Virus record (IMG/VR): IMGVR_UViG_3300032307_000369
Coordinates: 1-64,000 of that record
Length of the DNA: 64,000 nucleotides
Strand: one strand, 5' to 3'
A program made the position numbers and the translations under genes. Numbering within the stretch: the stretch's first letter is position 1; each line of letters begins with the position of its first letter. A model generated the notes under the pieces. The model was not told the origin of the DNA. It saw only the letters and a program-made list of their open reading frames with translations, and ran no database searches. This document shows, one piece after another, positions 5,226 through 15,908 of this stretch.

Positions 5226-6126
5226 AATATTCTAATAATCCTCGATAGCCATTACAACTGTTGGTTAGATCTCTAACGTATCTGTAATGTTCTGTTAAAC
5301 AATGACCCTTAAAAGGACAACTTTGACATATTGGGCTTAGACTTTGTTTTTCTTTTTCTGCCCAAGCAATGTATTCCTCAAAACTGTCTAGTTCTAAGAA
5401 GTATTCGTTATCGTTGAGATCAAACTCTAAAACAGCAAAATTTCCTTTAGGAGTAATGTACACATGGTCATCACTAAAACTGTTATATATTTTATCTAAA
5501 CTATCTTGTATATGATATTCATTGATAAACTCAAACTTCTTCTCTACTGGACTCTCTAACCACTTGATAACAAAGTTTTCAAAATCTCTGTGTGACACAC
5601 TGTGACAGTTGGCTTGGTTGGTGCTGTATGGTTTGATCTCAACTGATGATACTGCACTGCACATATTCAATTCATGTATCATGCTATCAACATCTAGGTC
5701 AATTAATTTTTTACTGGCTAGGATAAGAACGTATAAAGGCTTTTGAGACATCAGCATATTTTGATATACAGTTTCATTTTTTTCTCTAGCTTCAAAATCG
5801 TAGCTGACACTGAGCGTAATGTCATCGTCAAAGAACCAATCATGTATCATACTGTAGTTGGTTATGATATTAATAGAACCTGTATAATATTTTTTAATGG
5901 TACGTTTTAGTTCATAAAATTCTTCACGTTTTAAAATTCCAATTTCACCACCATACAAATCAATACCTTTAATTTTTGTATGTGCTGTAATTTGTTGTAG
6001 ACGTGTTTCTAACTGCTCAGAACTAATAGTCAATCTGTCACGTAGCTGTTGAGGAGTTAGGTAACAGAAGTTGCAACTAAAATTACAATAGTACGTTGGG
6101 TTAATGGATACTGTAACTTCACGCAT
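5176..6126 (-). CDS. Radical SAM protein with C-terminal Cys cluster (SPASM/Twitch-like)
   Basis: CNFSCNFC, LYGGEI, CQSCPFKGHC. Confidence 0.9.
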   Translation of the reverse strand: MREVTVSINPTYYCNFSCNFCYLTPQQLRDRLTISSEQLETRLQQITAHTKIKGIDLYGGEIGILKREEFYELKRTIKKYYTGSINIITNYSMIHDWFFDDDITLSVSYDFEAREKNETVYQNMLMSQKPLYVLILASKKLIDLDVDSMIHELNMCSAVSSVEIKPYSTNQANCHSVSHRDFENFVIKWLESPVEKKFEFINEYHIQDSLDKIYNSFSDDHVYITPKGNFAVLEFDLNDNEYFLELDSFEEYIAWAEKEKQSLSPICQSCPFKGHCLTEHYRYVRDLTNSCNGYRGLLEYYERMEDTSRDISQTQY

Positions 6127-7189
6127 ATTCTTTTACATACTCTGTTGGTTCTAAAATGCCTGACATGTTATTAGCTTCAATGATCTTAGGCGCGAGTGCC
6201 TTCATGCGTATACAATGTGCCTCTACTAGATTGAAATCTTTTAGGTCTTTGATTGTTTTGCGACAGCCGTTACAAATTTCAAACATTGGACAAGTGTAAC
6301 ATGCTTGCTTCAAACTTTGTAGTTCAGGCTCTACTCTTAATGGGAAGATCTTTTTACCTAACATCTCTTCTTTAAAATTGATTGAGTACAGTCTGTCATC
6401 TCCAAATGATCCACAACTGTAGTAGTCCCCGCTTGGTTGTAGTGTTCTAATACCGCCATCACATTTACGATTTTGTGGACATGATGTTGCGCCACCGTTT
6501 AATCGCTTGACCATTTGTTTAGTATTAAACTCCCATTCAGTCAACCCTAGTTCCCAAATCTTAACATATATTTCGTAAATCTTTGCCAGCATGTAGGGTT
6601 TGCCCTCTTGTCCCATTACAATGTTTTTAAATTTAACAGGGGGACCACTACTAAAAGCATAGTTGAGTTTACATTCAACACCCATCTTCTTAGCAAGCTC
6701 TACATTCTTAATGGCAAGATGTTCATTCTCTTCTGTAATAACACTAATAAAGTCTGGACGATAACCCACGTGCTCTAACATAGCATCACTTACAGCCCAA
6801 AAATCTTCTTCACTAAATTCTGTAAGGTCACCCTTTAATCTTCCGCCACCGTATTGGAATGATGTAGTAATACCCATGCGTTTGTGATTAAACAACTCTT
6901 TCCACTTGCTGGGATTTTTATAAAATGGCCAAAGATTAGATGTAAAACTTAACGTGGCATTAGAACCAATAGTTTCTAAATGTTCAATAATTTTCCAGTA
7001 GTAGCTAGGATCCATCATTAAAGGATCACCACCATTAACAATGATAGTTTGTGTTTCTGGGTAGCGTTTTAAAAATGCGTAGACATACTCTAAATCTAAT
7101 TCTAAAGATTTATCTTCAGTAATGTGTGTGCTACTACAGAACGTGCATTTAAAGTTACAACGTTCTGTTGGTTTAATTATTAAATCCAT
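6119..7189 (-). CDS. Radical SAM/SPASM protein
   Basis: CNFKCTFC, NGGDPL, CPQNRKC..CGSF..CYTCPMFEICNGC. Confidence 0.92.
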   Translation of the reverse strand: MDLIIKPTERCNFKCTFCSSTHITEDKSLELDLEYVYAFLKRYPETQTIIVNGGDPLMMDPSYYWKIIEHLETIGSNATLSFTSNLWPFYKNPSKWKELFNHKRMGITTSFQYGGGRLKGDLTEFSEEDFWAVSDAMLEHVGYRPDFISVITEENEHLAIKNVELAKKMGVECKLNYAFSSGPPVKFKNIVMGQEGKPYMLAKIYEIYVKIWELGLTEWEFNTKQMVKRLNGGATSCPQNRKCDGGIRTLQPSGDYYSCGSFGDDRLYSINFKEEMLGKKIFPLRVEPELQSLKQACYTCPMFEICNGCRKTIKDLKDFNLVEAHCIRMKALAPKIIEANNMSGILEPTEYVKEYA

Positions 7190-7190
7190 T

Positions 7191-7484
7191 TTATTTTGAC
7201 AGTGGACTGCCTACTTCCAAATTGCCATCACCTCTTTCTAAACCATTCAATTGACGTATAACGTCCATGATTAAATGCTTATATTTCTGTGTAGGTCCTT
7301 CAAGTTCTTTAATCTTGGCATCCCAGTAATCTCTTTTCTCTGGAATCTCCATATCCCTAACGCAATTATTAGCGTATACCAAATACTCTTGGCAATAAAT
7401 TTCACGCTGTGCTTCGTACTTTTCTTTTAAAGAAATAAGTTCTTCTGGACTTAGGGTGTCTAAATCTACTCCATGGTCAATCAT
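7191..7484 (-). CDS. Hypothetical helical protein
   Basis: ORF translationally coupled to its neighbours. Confidence 0.6.
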   Translation of the reverse strand: MIDHGVDLDTLSPEELISLKEKYEAQREIYCQEYLVYANNCVRDMEIPEKRDYWDAKIKELEGPTQKYKHLIMDVIRQLNGLERGDGNLEVGSPLSK

Positions 7485-9112
7485 GTTATTCTCCTAAATA
7501 GCTCATTCATTATTACTAATTTGTTTTCTTCAACCCAACGAGGAATGGCTTCAGTCCTTACCACACCTTTGATAGTATTAATATTTCTAGGCGGAGTATC
7601 AGGATTTAAAATGTCTTCAATTTCATCATAGATCTCTTGATACCCATCTAAAATTTTAAAAATCTCCCAACAGTGTTTTGCAAATTCACTCACAGTAACA
7701 CTGTCTTTAAACATGTCATACATTGTTCGTATTAAATTGTTGCCTGCAAAATTCATGAAAAACATTTGCACAACATCTTCTCTTGTAAAAGAATAGCTAC
7801 TGGCAACTGTTTTATAATATGTTCTGCGATTCTTAAATAATCCGCCTTGGTTGGCAATATCCTGTTCATCAACGTTGTCAGTATATACATCAACCAGCTC
7901 AATGTTGTAAATTTCTTGATAAACAGGATCACTAATTTCGCTGTCAGGTAACGCCATTAAGTCGTAACGCCAACTTGACCATGCTCCCAAATCATAAAAC
8001 AATTCCCATTCTGCATAAAAATCATCTAAGGTACTTCCTGGCATGGCCATGATAAGTTCCATGCCAGGATGATAATCATATTTGGCACATAGATCCCGCA
8101 TGTATTTGCCAAGTTTAATTTTATCTGAGACTTTCATATCAGTGCGTTTAGCAACTTGCATTGCAACATCACTGATGCTTTGAATACTGATGTTGGGCAC
8201 AATGGCTGCTCTATCTTTTCTACCAAACGGTTGAATGATCTCAAAGAAACTATCTACTAGTCTTTTTCTTCTTTCGTAGTCTTTTGTTTTTACTTGACTG
8301 ATATCAATGAAGGTTAACCCTGCATCTTTGGCAAACTTTAAGAGTCCTAAGTCACGTTCTTCAAACACACCAAAATTAGCATCAGCACAAATAGCTTCAG
8401 TATATCCTGCTTCTACAATAGCAACACAATCCCGTTGAGCCCATTCAACTTCTTTTTTAATAATTTTTCCACCAATGCCGCCACCCCATTCACAATAGGT
8501 ACATTTAAAAGGACAACCTCTTGTGGTCTCAATGACCATCATGAGTTCCATATCGTGTTCACGACCATAGGCACTGAGTTCTTTTAGGAAACTTAGATTC
8601 TCTTCATACGGACTTGCTAGTGGAAATTCCCAACGCTGTTGTTTATTAGAACGTAACTCATAAGTGATTTGATTGACATCAATATTATCTTCAATGTATT
8701 GATCAATTACGTCAGTGACAAAGAATTCACCAGGGAACATAGGGCGTAAAATATAATCATACATCCAACGTTTTTGCCAAAGCTCTTTGTCTTTGGCTCC
8801 TATCATTGGACCACCTAGCAAATTTACTACTTTTGGATTTTGTTTTTTAACGTATTCAGCAATGTTGTCGCACAGTGTATAATTCCAAACATAACTGCTG
8901 TACATGACTATATCAGCTTCTTTAATTAGCTCATATATCTCTTCAATGTTTTGATACTTGTTATATTTGTAAGGAGGTTCTAGCCATTCAACTTGATCGG
9001 CGTATTTTCCGTTATGCTCGTAAAAACTTTTGCATAGCATCCACGTGACTGGATTGATTAAACTCCAGTCGGCATGTGGCGGATTGATAAAGGCTATTTT
9101 GATTCTTTTCAT
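7481..9112 (-). CDS. Cobalamin-binding radical SAM protein (class B methyltransferase-like)
   Basis: N-terminal B12-binding-type domain (SSYVWN...LLGGP), TTRGCPFKCTYCEW, DANFG. Confidence 0.88.
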   Translation of the reverse strand: MKRIKIAFINPPHADWSLINPVTWMLCKSFYEHNGKYADQVEWLEPPYKYNKYQNIEEIYELIKEADIVMYSSYVWNYTLCDNIAEYVKKQNPKVVNLLGGPMIGAKDKELWQKRWMYDYILRPMFPGEFFVTDVIDQYIEDNIDVNQITYELRSNKQQRWEFPLASPYEENLSFLKELSAYGREHDMELMMVIETTRGCPFKCTYCEWGGGIGGKIIKKEVEWAQRDCVAIVEAGYTEAICADANFGVFEERDLGLLKFAKDAGLTFIDISQVKTKDYERRKRLVDSFFEIIQPFGRKDRAAIVPNISIQSISDVAMQVAKRTDMKVSDKIKLGKYMRDLCAKYDYHPGMELIMAMPGSTLDDFYAEWELFYDLGAWSSWRYDLMALPDSEISDPVYQEIYNIELVDVYTDNVDEQDIANQGGLFKNRRTYYKTVASSYSFTREDVVQMFFMNFAGNNLIRTMYDMFKDSVTVSEFAKHCWEIFKILDGYQEIYDEIEDILNPDTPPRNINTIKGVVRTEAIPRWVEENKLVIMNELFRRIT

Positions 9113-9145
9113 AGATTATACTATTATACAGCATAAAGTTAACAA

Positions 9146-9661
9146 TTACAAGCCTTCTACATTATAAGTGAAACTAGCAAGTCTTCGTGTAATTTTACTT
9201 TTACTAGCTCTATGGAAAAAGCCAGGAGTTTGATTGAGCAACACTAAATCTCCTTTTTTAGGATAGTAAGTGTCAATGTTACCTTCCCCGGGCCATTTGA
9301 ATTGTATTTCCCCACCAGTTGCAGGGTTCTGGTCATCAAAGTAAAATAAGAAGAAGATATTACCTCCTTCAAATCCATCGTTGTGCCAAATACTGCTGTC
9401 AGCATCTACACCTTCAGCAATAACATAACTCATAAAATTATTCTTTGGAAACGCTTGATTAATGTATTTTTCAGTTATGTATACTTTGGCTGCTTCCATT
9501 TGCAACACTACTTCTTTAGGCAGGTTATCTTTAAAGTTATCACGCAAACGCTCTTCATGATATTGAAACTCTACGCTATCAATATCGATCATGCTGGCTA
9601 ATTCTTCTTCTCTAAAATAAGCATATCCTTTAGTAAGGAAATCATTCTTCCAATCTAACAT
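9146..9661 (-). CDS. 2OG-Fe(II) oxygenase
   Basis: WHND, GGEIQF, FHRA...RRLASF. Confidence 0.8.
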   Translation of the reverse strand: MLDWKNDFLTKGYAYFREEELASMIDIDSVEFQYHEERLRDNFKDNLPKEVVLQMEAAKVYITEKYINQAFPKNNFMSYVIAEGVDADSSIWHNDGFEGGNIFFLFYFDDQNPATGGEIQFKWPGEGNIDTYYPKKGDLVLLNQTPGFFHRASKSKITRRLASFTYNVEGL

Positions 9662-9662
9662 C

Positions 9663-10685
9663 TCATTTCTCCAGTTTCATTTGTACGTATTTAAATGACT
9701 TTTTAAAAACACACTCATCTAAGTCTTTGGTTAATTCTTTATAGTCACTGCTGATAAAACAACTGAACCCGCATTTTTGATAAAACTCACAAGTAAAGCA
9801 ATTGCGTTCATTCATAAAGTTTTGAATAATAGCTGTGCCTTCTAAATTGGATGTGACATTGTTTTTCATCAACACACTTCCTGAACACCCTTTAGGTGAA
9901 GTGTTATCGTACATAATAGTAAAACTACTACCACGTGTACAAGCCATTTTATTGTTGGGTGCAGTTCCTAAAAATGATTCTACATTCATAGTCTTAGGAT
10001 ACTTATCAATTAATGTTTTATAAAATTCATACAACTCTGACTCTTTTGGCATCATTACTTTTAATGCGTTATGACCAGGTAACAAGTGATCCCATGTCAT
10101 GGTAAAGTTATTGTACAAGTAATCGTGATACTCGTCACCCTTTAAAAGATTAGCAATATTTTGTTTAGTGATTACCAGGCTGATTAATTTAACATAAGGT
10201 TTGAACTGTTCAATATTTTGTTTAAAAATTTCAAACTGAGCAGGATTAAATCTGCCAGCTAGGTCATAACTAACACTCATAGTCAAGTCGTATTTTTGAC
10301 AAAACTGTATCACATGATCCATTCTATCGTTAACTAAATTCGTAACAAAGTTGAAGATTAACACTTTATCCTTAGGAACTTTGTTTCGAACTTGTTTTAT
10401 GAATTCGCCGTAATACTCAATAAAGCCTTGATCTATTAGTTCATCCTGAAATAGTTCGCCACCCATAATATGTAGGTGAAATTCTTTGTTTTTATTATTT
10501 TTAATCCAATTGCATACAGGGTCAACTTTTTTTAGAATTTCCTCTTGGCTCAAACCAATACGACTGTTATGATCCTGTGGACAGAATACACAACTCATAT
10601 TGCAATGTTCAAAGAAGTTGACTACGATCTCAGACCAGTCAATTACTTTTTCCTTTATTACGCCATAAAAAAATTCATCACTCAT
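9663..10685 (-). CDS. Radical SAM protein (SPASM-like C-terminus)
   Basis: CNMSCVFC, MGGELF, CFTCEFYQKCGFSC. Confidence 0.9.
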   Translation of the reverse strand: MSDEFFYGVIKEKVIDWSEIVVNFFEHCNMSCVFCPQDHNSRIGLSQEEILKKVDPVCNWIKNNKNKEFHLHIMGGELFQDELIDQGFIEYYGEFIKQVRNKVPKDKVLIFNFVTNLVNDRMDHVIQFCQKYDLTMSVSYDLAGRFNPAQFEIFKQNIEQFKPYVKLISLVITKQNIANLLKGDEYHDYLYNNFTMTWDHLLPGHNALKVMMPKESELYEFYKTLIDKYPKTMNVESFLGTAPNNKMACTRGSSFTIMYDNTSPKGCSGSVLMKNNVTSNLEGTAIIQNFMNERNCFTCEFYQKCGFSCFISSDYKELTKDLDECVFKKSFKYVQMKLEK

Positions 10686-11824
10686 GCAAACACCATTTGT
10701 TTTAATCTAGGATCGTTATTATTTTTTAACTCATACACAAGTTGTAGAATATAATTATTCCATTTTTGTACATGGGTTAGTATATCAAATACAATACTAA
10801 CGTTGTCCTTTTCAAAGTCTTTCTTTAGTATGCTGTTTATCTGTTCAGACGTCATGTTATCACGATTTTGAATCAGTGACCTTAACGTGTCAAAAACAAA
10901 ATGGGCATGATTACTTTCAAAGTAGTCTTCATCTAGTAATCTTATCTTATCATCTATTTGAATATCTTTGAACCAAAACTCTTGTAAGAATTTTCCAAGT
11001 TCTAATATTTCATCAATGTGTGCTAGAAAGTAAGCACTGTCCCTAGTTATGAACTTTAATTCGTTGTCAAACATCCAATATAACTTTGGATGAGATCTAA
11101 GTTTTTCTCTCCAACAATCATCGTCCCAAGATATATCTAAATCAAATGCTTCTTTTACATTTGCTTGCATGAAGTACTTGATAAAATAGAAGTACCACTC
11201 GCTAACTTCCATGGCTAATGCTTTTGATAACACATAGATGTATTTGTCTTTAAAAACTTCAATATGTGTTTCATCATTGAAAAAGTTTGCAAGATGCCAT
11301 TCAATACTGAATCCTTCAATGTGCTGTTTAACCCATTGTTGTCTTAGACCATTGTCACTCCATGGATTTAGATTATCAAATAATTCAATAAATTGTTTTT
11401 TGTTTAAGAACTCTATGTCAAGTATACTTGTTTTATTAAAATCCATAAAACTACTATTCAGCACTATAGCAGGGAAATGTAGTTTTGATCTTTGTACAGA
11501 TGCATTATAGCAACAAAATGCCAAGTTAGCATCCATGTTAGGAAAAATTGTTTTTATCCAGTTTACAAAGATGATATTAAAAGCATCCATGTCAACATAA
11601 AAGTTAAGTTTAGCTTCGTGCTCTAAACTGAGTAATAGTGAATGCCAATCTTTATAAGCACCATTTGCGCCCACTAGGTCTGCATACGTTGTAGCTTGAT
11701 GCTTGATTGGGTTTAGTGTAGACTTTTGTGCAACATTGGGATTTTTACTGACGATGATTCTTTTTTTAGAATTGTTGACTAGATAGTCTGGAGAGACATA
11801 TATTTTATTAAAAAGGTGTAACAT
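10682..11824 (-). CDS. Hypothetical protein, paralog of 12395-13555
   Basis: MLHLFNKIYV N-terminus, FYVDMDAF..WIKTIFP. Confidence 0.7.
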   Translation of the reverse strand: MLHLFNKIYVSPDYLVNNSKKRIIVSKNPNVAQKSTLNPIKHQATTYADLVGANGAYKDWHSLLLSLEHEAKLNFYVDMDAFNIIFVNWIKTIFPNMDANLAFCCYNASVQRSKLHFPAIVLNSSFMDFNKTSILDIEFLNKKQFIELFDNLNPWSDNGLRQQWVKQHIEGFSIEWHLANFFNDETHIEVFKDKYIYVLSKALAMEVSEWYFYFIKYFMQANVKEAFDLDISWDDDCWREKLRSHPKLYWMFDNELKFITRDSAYFLAHIDEILELGKFLQEFWFKDIQIDDKIRLLDEDYFESNHAHFVFDTLRSLIQNRDNMTSEQINSILKKDFEKDNVSIVFDILTHVQKWNNYILQLVYELKNNNDPRLKQMVFA

Positions 11825-12369
11825 TATACAATCCTTTTATATTGATCTACATAAGATTCGTACCCGTCAGTGTTAATATATAAATCAAATGGCATGCACA
11901 ATCTTGTTCCCGGTCCACGATGAGTTAGTACTTCATGTCCTAAATAACTAGGGAAGATTAATAGGTCGCCAGGTTCTGGATGAATTTCAACTGGGTTGAA
12001 CCAACTTTGATTGATGTTAATTTGTTGTGATGGAGGATGTAATACGATTTCTCCTCCAGTTGCAGTTTGAAGATAAAATATCCCAGATAACCATCCCCAA
12101 GGATGCCAATGCCAACGAGCACTGTCTCCAGGCTCAATATACAGCATATTGCCGTTTAATTTTACCTCTGCACCTTTAGGTAGCTCTTCTTTCCAAGTTT
12201 CTGAAACAGCACTCATGATTTTTTCATAAAGTTTAGCTGTGAACTCGTCAGTGTCTTTAAACCATTTATTTTCGTGCTTGCTTACAACATCACTTTGAAA
12301 CATGAGTGTTGCCAACTCTTCGTTACCATGCTCATAATGTATTTTAGTTGGCCAAATTTCTCTTTTCAT
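11824..12369 (-). CDS. 2OG-Fe(II) oxygenase, TIGR02466-like
   Basis: WHWHPWGWLSGIFYL, GDLLIFPSYLGHEV...R. Confidence 0.85.
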   Translation of the reverse strand: MKREIWPTKIHYEHGNEELATLMFQSDVVSKHENKWFKDTDEFTAKLYEKIMSAVSETWKEELPKGAEVKLNGNMLYIEPGDSARWHWHPWGWLSGIFYLQTATGGEIVLHPPSQQININQSWFNPVEIHPEPGDLLIFPSYLGHEVLTHRGPGTRLCMPFDLYINTDGYESYVDQYKRIV

Positions 12370-12394
12370 TTAAACGCCTTTATAACACATTTGG

Positions 12395-13555
12395 TTATTG
12401 GATCACAAATGCGTTTAATTTAGATATTTGATTTTCTTTGTACAGTTGTTTTATATGCGCTAAGAGATAGATGTTATATCTAATTTTATCGTCAGAACCA
12501 AAAATTAGAAATTCTGTAACATTACTAGAACCGTCTATTTCATTCATAATTAGAGTTTCTAAATCGCTGTCAGTCAATTCAGATTTTCTACACATAGTAA
12601 AAACTTCTTTATTATGATTGATCCAGTTCAAGCCATTCTCGCCTGGATCATTTAATAATCCCAATGTCCAGTAAATGGTCAAGTGAGCTTTAAATTTTTC
12701 AAACTGTGAAGCAGTAATGTTGTTAAAATAAATCAAGCTATCGCTGTGTGGAACCGCAATTGATTCAACTCCCCAAATAGAAGAAGAGAACCAAATATCA
12801 AATGCAGGGTCTTCAACGGCTTCAGCTAGATTACTAGTAGTATACGTCTTTGTTGGACTGAATAAGTTTATGACATCTGGATTTAATAAATTTTCTATAA
12901 TGAAGCTTTTGCATTCATAAAAAGATTCTTGCATACCAAACTGTCTTTTGTTCAGTGCTATTGTTTTTAATTGTTCTTTACATGACCCATTGGCTAGATA
13001 AGATGCCAATAATAGTTCTAGACTTAAATCTGATTTAACTAGATTAACAAAACCATTGTACACGCTTGAATCTACATTGATTTGATAAAATACTTGACTA
13101 AACTCTTGTTGACTAATAAAATCTGCAATTTGAGTTTCTCTATAAGATCTTGAATAATTGTAGTATGTAGATGTTCCAAACATTCTAGTTTGAAACTGGT
13201 AAGTTGATACCATAGTATATGCATCATCAACTGTAGCTGACGGCAATACTGCTTTGATCCATGTGATTACAATCTTTAAAAAGTTTTCTTTATCTACATA
13301 TACAATGAGTTTTCTATCGCTAGTAAATGTATATTGATTTAACGAATTTAAAAATAACAGAAAGTTAGAATATTTTTTATCTTCTCCAACTAAATCGTCA
13401 ATTGATCTTGCATATTCGATCAACCTTCCATGCGCTACTCCATCAAGGTCTTGGAGCATACTAACTCCATTGGTTTGAGAAATAACAAGTCTGTCGTTGT
13501 TAACATCAATAACATCGTCAGATTCTAAATAAACTTTTTTAAACAGATGGAACAC
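12395..13555 (-). CDS. Hypothetical protein, paralog of 10682-11824
   Basis: MFHLFKKVYL N-terminus, VYVDKENF..WIKAVLP. Confidence 0.7.
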   Translation of the reverse strand: MFHLFKKVYLESDDVIDVNNDRLVISQTNGVSMLQDLDGVAHGRLIEYARSIDDLVGEDKKYSNFLLFLNSLNQYTFTSDRKLIVYVDKENFLKIVITWIKAVLPSATVDDAYTMVSTYQFQTRMFGTSTYYNYSRSYRETQIADFISQQEFSQVFYQINVDSSVYNGFVNLVKSDLSLELLLASYLANGSCKEQLKTIALNKRQFGMQESFYECKSFIIENLLNPDVINLFSPTKTYTTSNLAEAVEDPAFDIWFSSSIWGVESIAVPHSDSLIYFNNITASQFEKFKAHLTIYWTLGLLNDPGENGLNWINHNKEVFTMCRKSELTDSDLETLIMNEIDGSSNVTEFLIFGSDDKIRYNIYLLAHIKQLYKENQISKLNAFVIQ

Positions 13556-14252
13556 TTTGAATCTCCTCGATATCTCTTTTCATTGCTTCAACGAAATCAT
13601 CAGGATTAAACTTGTCAACGACAATCGCCCATGTTATAATGAAAATAGAGTTGTTGGGGTTAGCCCAATAATGGTATAAATTTTTACCTTTAAAAATATA
13701 GTCGTTAAAATATACTTCATGATACTTGAAGTTTTTGCTGTCTACAGTACTGTAGAAATCATAAAAATCATCATACTTCAATAATGATACAAAATTAATT
13801 CCAATGGTTAAATTGTTATCAAATCTTGGAGCTTGCTTAATTTGCTCTTTATAATTGTCATCATTAATTGAATATGTATTAAAATATAATAGGCTATCTA
13901 GTATACTAGCCCATACATCTAGTAGCTCTTTGTTTGCTTTGATAAACTCAGTATAACCAAAGTCATTTACTCCCTTATATTGCAGTAATAAACGTATGGC
14001 TTCTTTTTCTAAGAAAGGAATATTGACTAGAAAAGGTGAATTTAAATAATCAAGTAATAGCCCGTCAGCTAACTCAGTGTGTGCTTCTAACTTGATATCT
14101 GAAGGAATATCTAAATTACTAAGATAAGTTAATAACTTTGTCCCTTTCAAATCGCTGTTTTCATAATCAATTAGATAAAATGTTTCTTTATCAGCAAAAT
14201 ATTTTTTTAATTCTTCAATTTTAATAGGCGCAGTTGTTTCAATAATTTTCAT
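13539..14252 (-). CDS. Hypothetical protein of the radical SAM cluster
   Basis: Long ORF coupled to the CHxx-motif gene. Confidence 0.7.
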   Translation of the reverse strand: MKIIETTAPIKIEELKKYFADKETFYLIDYENSDLKGTKLLTYLSNLDIPSDIKLEAHTELADGLLLDYLNSPFLVNIPFLEKEAIRLLLQYKGVNDFGYTEFIKANKELLDVWASILDSLLYFNTYSINDDNYKEQIKQAPRFDNNLTIGINFVSLLKYDDFYDFYSTVDSKNFKYHEVYFNDYIFKGKNLYHYWANPNNSIFIITWAIVVDKFNPDDFVEAMKRDIEEIQSVPSV

Positions 14253-14848
14253 CTTCTGCCTCTTGAATTATGGCAATTGCTATGACAACTAACGTGGCAA
14301 ACTTCTTTATAGTAAGTGGTACCATCGTCACCTAAGATATTTGGTCTAAGAGTTTGATATACTGTACTCATGTTAAGAATAAAGTTATTTAAATTTCCTC
14401 TAGAAATGATGTTGTTTGATTGTATGTCAAAATAGTTATTGATCACTGTAGGTTGCTCGCCCTGAGAAGTGATCGCAATCCTAGTCAAGTCAACGTTGCT
14501 AGTTGTTGCTGTGTATGGACCAGCTGGGGTATTTCCGCCGTTACCTGTGACTTTACGAACACAGCGTATATTTCTAATTCTAGTATAATATTGAATAATT
14601 AGACGTATGCCTTCAGTTACGCCGTCAGCCTCAATTACTCCAAGAGCTCCAAAATTATTATTAACTTCAACAGGATCTAATCCTCCCCAATCAGTGCGAT
14701 GGGCAAACCAACCGTCTTCTGCTTCTGGAAATGGTTTAATGTTTGTGCCCCAAACAATACCGGTTCTAGCAACACCGTTGATTTGTTCAATAGTACGTTG
14801 AACAATGGTTAATCGTCTAATTGGTCCTGGACTTTCTAATGCTGGCAT
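14249..14848 (-). CDS. Putative radical SAM target/precursor with C-terminal CHxxCHxxCHxSRGRR
   Basis: Ends YYKEVCHVSCHSNCHNSRGRR; lies directly downstream of a rSAM/SPASM gene. Confidence 0.7.
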   Translation of the reverse strand: MPALESPGPIRRLTIVQRTIEQINGVARTGIVWGTNIKPFPEAEDGWFAHRTDWGGLDPVEVNNNFGALGVIEADGVTEGIRLIIQYYTRIRNIRCVRKVTGNGGNTPAGPYTATTSNVDLTRIAITSQGEQPTVINNYFDIQSNNIISRGNLNNFILNMSTVYQTLRPNILGDDGTTYYKEVCHVSCHSNCHNSRGRR

Positions 14849-14849
14849 C

Positions 14850-15908
14850 TTAAATTTCCTTGATTATGAACACTCTGCTGTTCTTTTTAGTATTTATGTT
14901 TTCTAACTCTAGCATCAAACTCTTTGGAGCACCACAAACCTCGCCTTGCCATTCCAATTGATGACAGTCGCCGCCACATTTATGAAATACTGCACAGTTA
15001 TAGCATCTTGAGTCCATATTACGTTCGCAAGCCATATTTTCTAATCTACGCTCGCTAGTTAACAACGTAGTTAAATCATCGTCAATATGTCCAAACTGTT
15101 GCTCTGGAGCACTATTTGGACATCCAGATATAGTACCGTCAGCGTTCAGTGTGAATAACTTTTCCTCACAATCCCTACAAAAAGTTCCGCCTCGAGTAAG
15201 GTTGTGCTCAAATTTAGAATACACAGTTTCTAAAAATTCGTTATTAAACCATGATCTAGCATTGTGTTGCTCACTCAATTGATGCATGAGTAAAAACCAA
15301 GCATCTTGTTCCAAGTTGGTTGGAAATATATCAGGATACAGTCTAGCGTTTCCATTATTGGTCAAACGCTCTAAGCTCATTTCCTTAACACCCAAATCCC
15401 GTACCCATTCTAATAAATCCAAGGGATTCATTTTTACAGTTCCGCTGGTAACACTTATGAACAATTTAATTTCAACTCCCAGGTCCTGCAAAGTTTGTAA
15501 ATTCTTACGCCATAGGTCATACTGCTTGGGATTGGCAAATCTAATGTCTGGATCCCAACTAGTACCAATTCTGTTACCAAGCGGGCCTTGAATAAATGCA
15601 ATAATTTCTGGAGTGAGTTTAAACACTAGGTTAGTGGTAACTCCCCACGTCATATAGGGCCAAATCTCTTTACTTTGATCGTACACATACTGCATAGTAC
15701 TTAAATCAGCTAGGAAAGGTTCACCACCATGAAACTCACAATGAACATGTGGACTATTGGGAATCGCTTGACCCAACCTTCTCAGCCAGTCTGCTACTTT
15801 AACATGGTCCCAATATATCTTAGCACCGTTAGTTCCGCTGGTAAAACAGTGTTTGCAATTTAAATTACAAGTTTCTGTTGTTTTAAGGTAGATACTTAAT
15901 TCTTTCAT
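14850..15908 (-). CDS. Radical SAM/SPASM protein
   Basis: CNLNCKHC, FHGGEPFL, FCRDC..GCPN..CYNCAVFHKCGGDC; start placed at the ATGA overlap with the upstream gene. Confidence 0.92.
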   Translation of the reverse strand: MKELSIYLKTTETCNLNCKHCFTSGTNGAKIYWDHVKVADWLRRLGQAIPNSPHVHCEFHGGEPFLADLSTMQYVYDQSKEIWPYMTWGVTTNLVFKLTPEIIAFIQGPLGNRIGTSWDPDIRFANPKQYDLWRKNLQTLQDLGVEIKLFISVTSGTVKMNPLDLLEWVRDLGVKEMSLERLTNNGNARLYPDIFPTNLEQDAWFLLMHQLSEQHNARSWFNNEFLETVYSKFEHNLTRGGTFCRDCEEKLFTLNADGTISGCPNSAPEQQFGHIDDDLTTLLTSERRLENMACERNMDSRCYNCAVFHKCGGDCHQLEWQGEVCGAPKSLMLELENINTKKNSRVFIIKEI

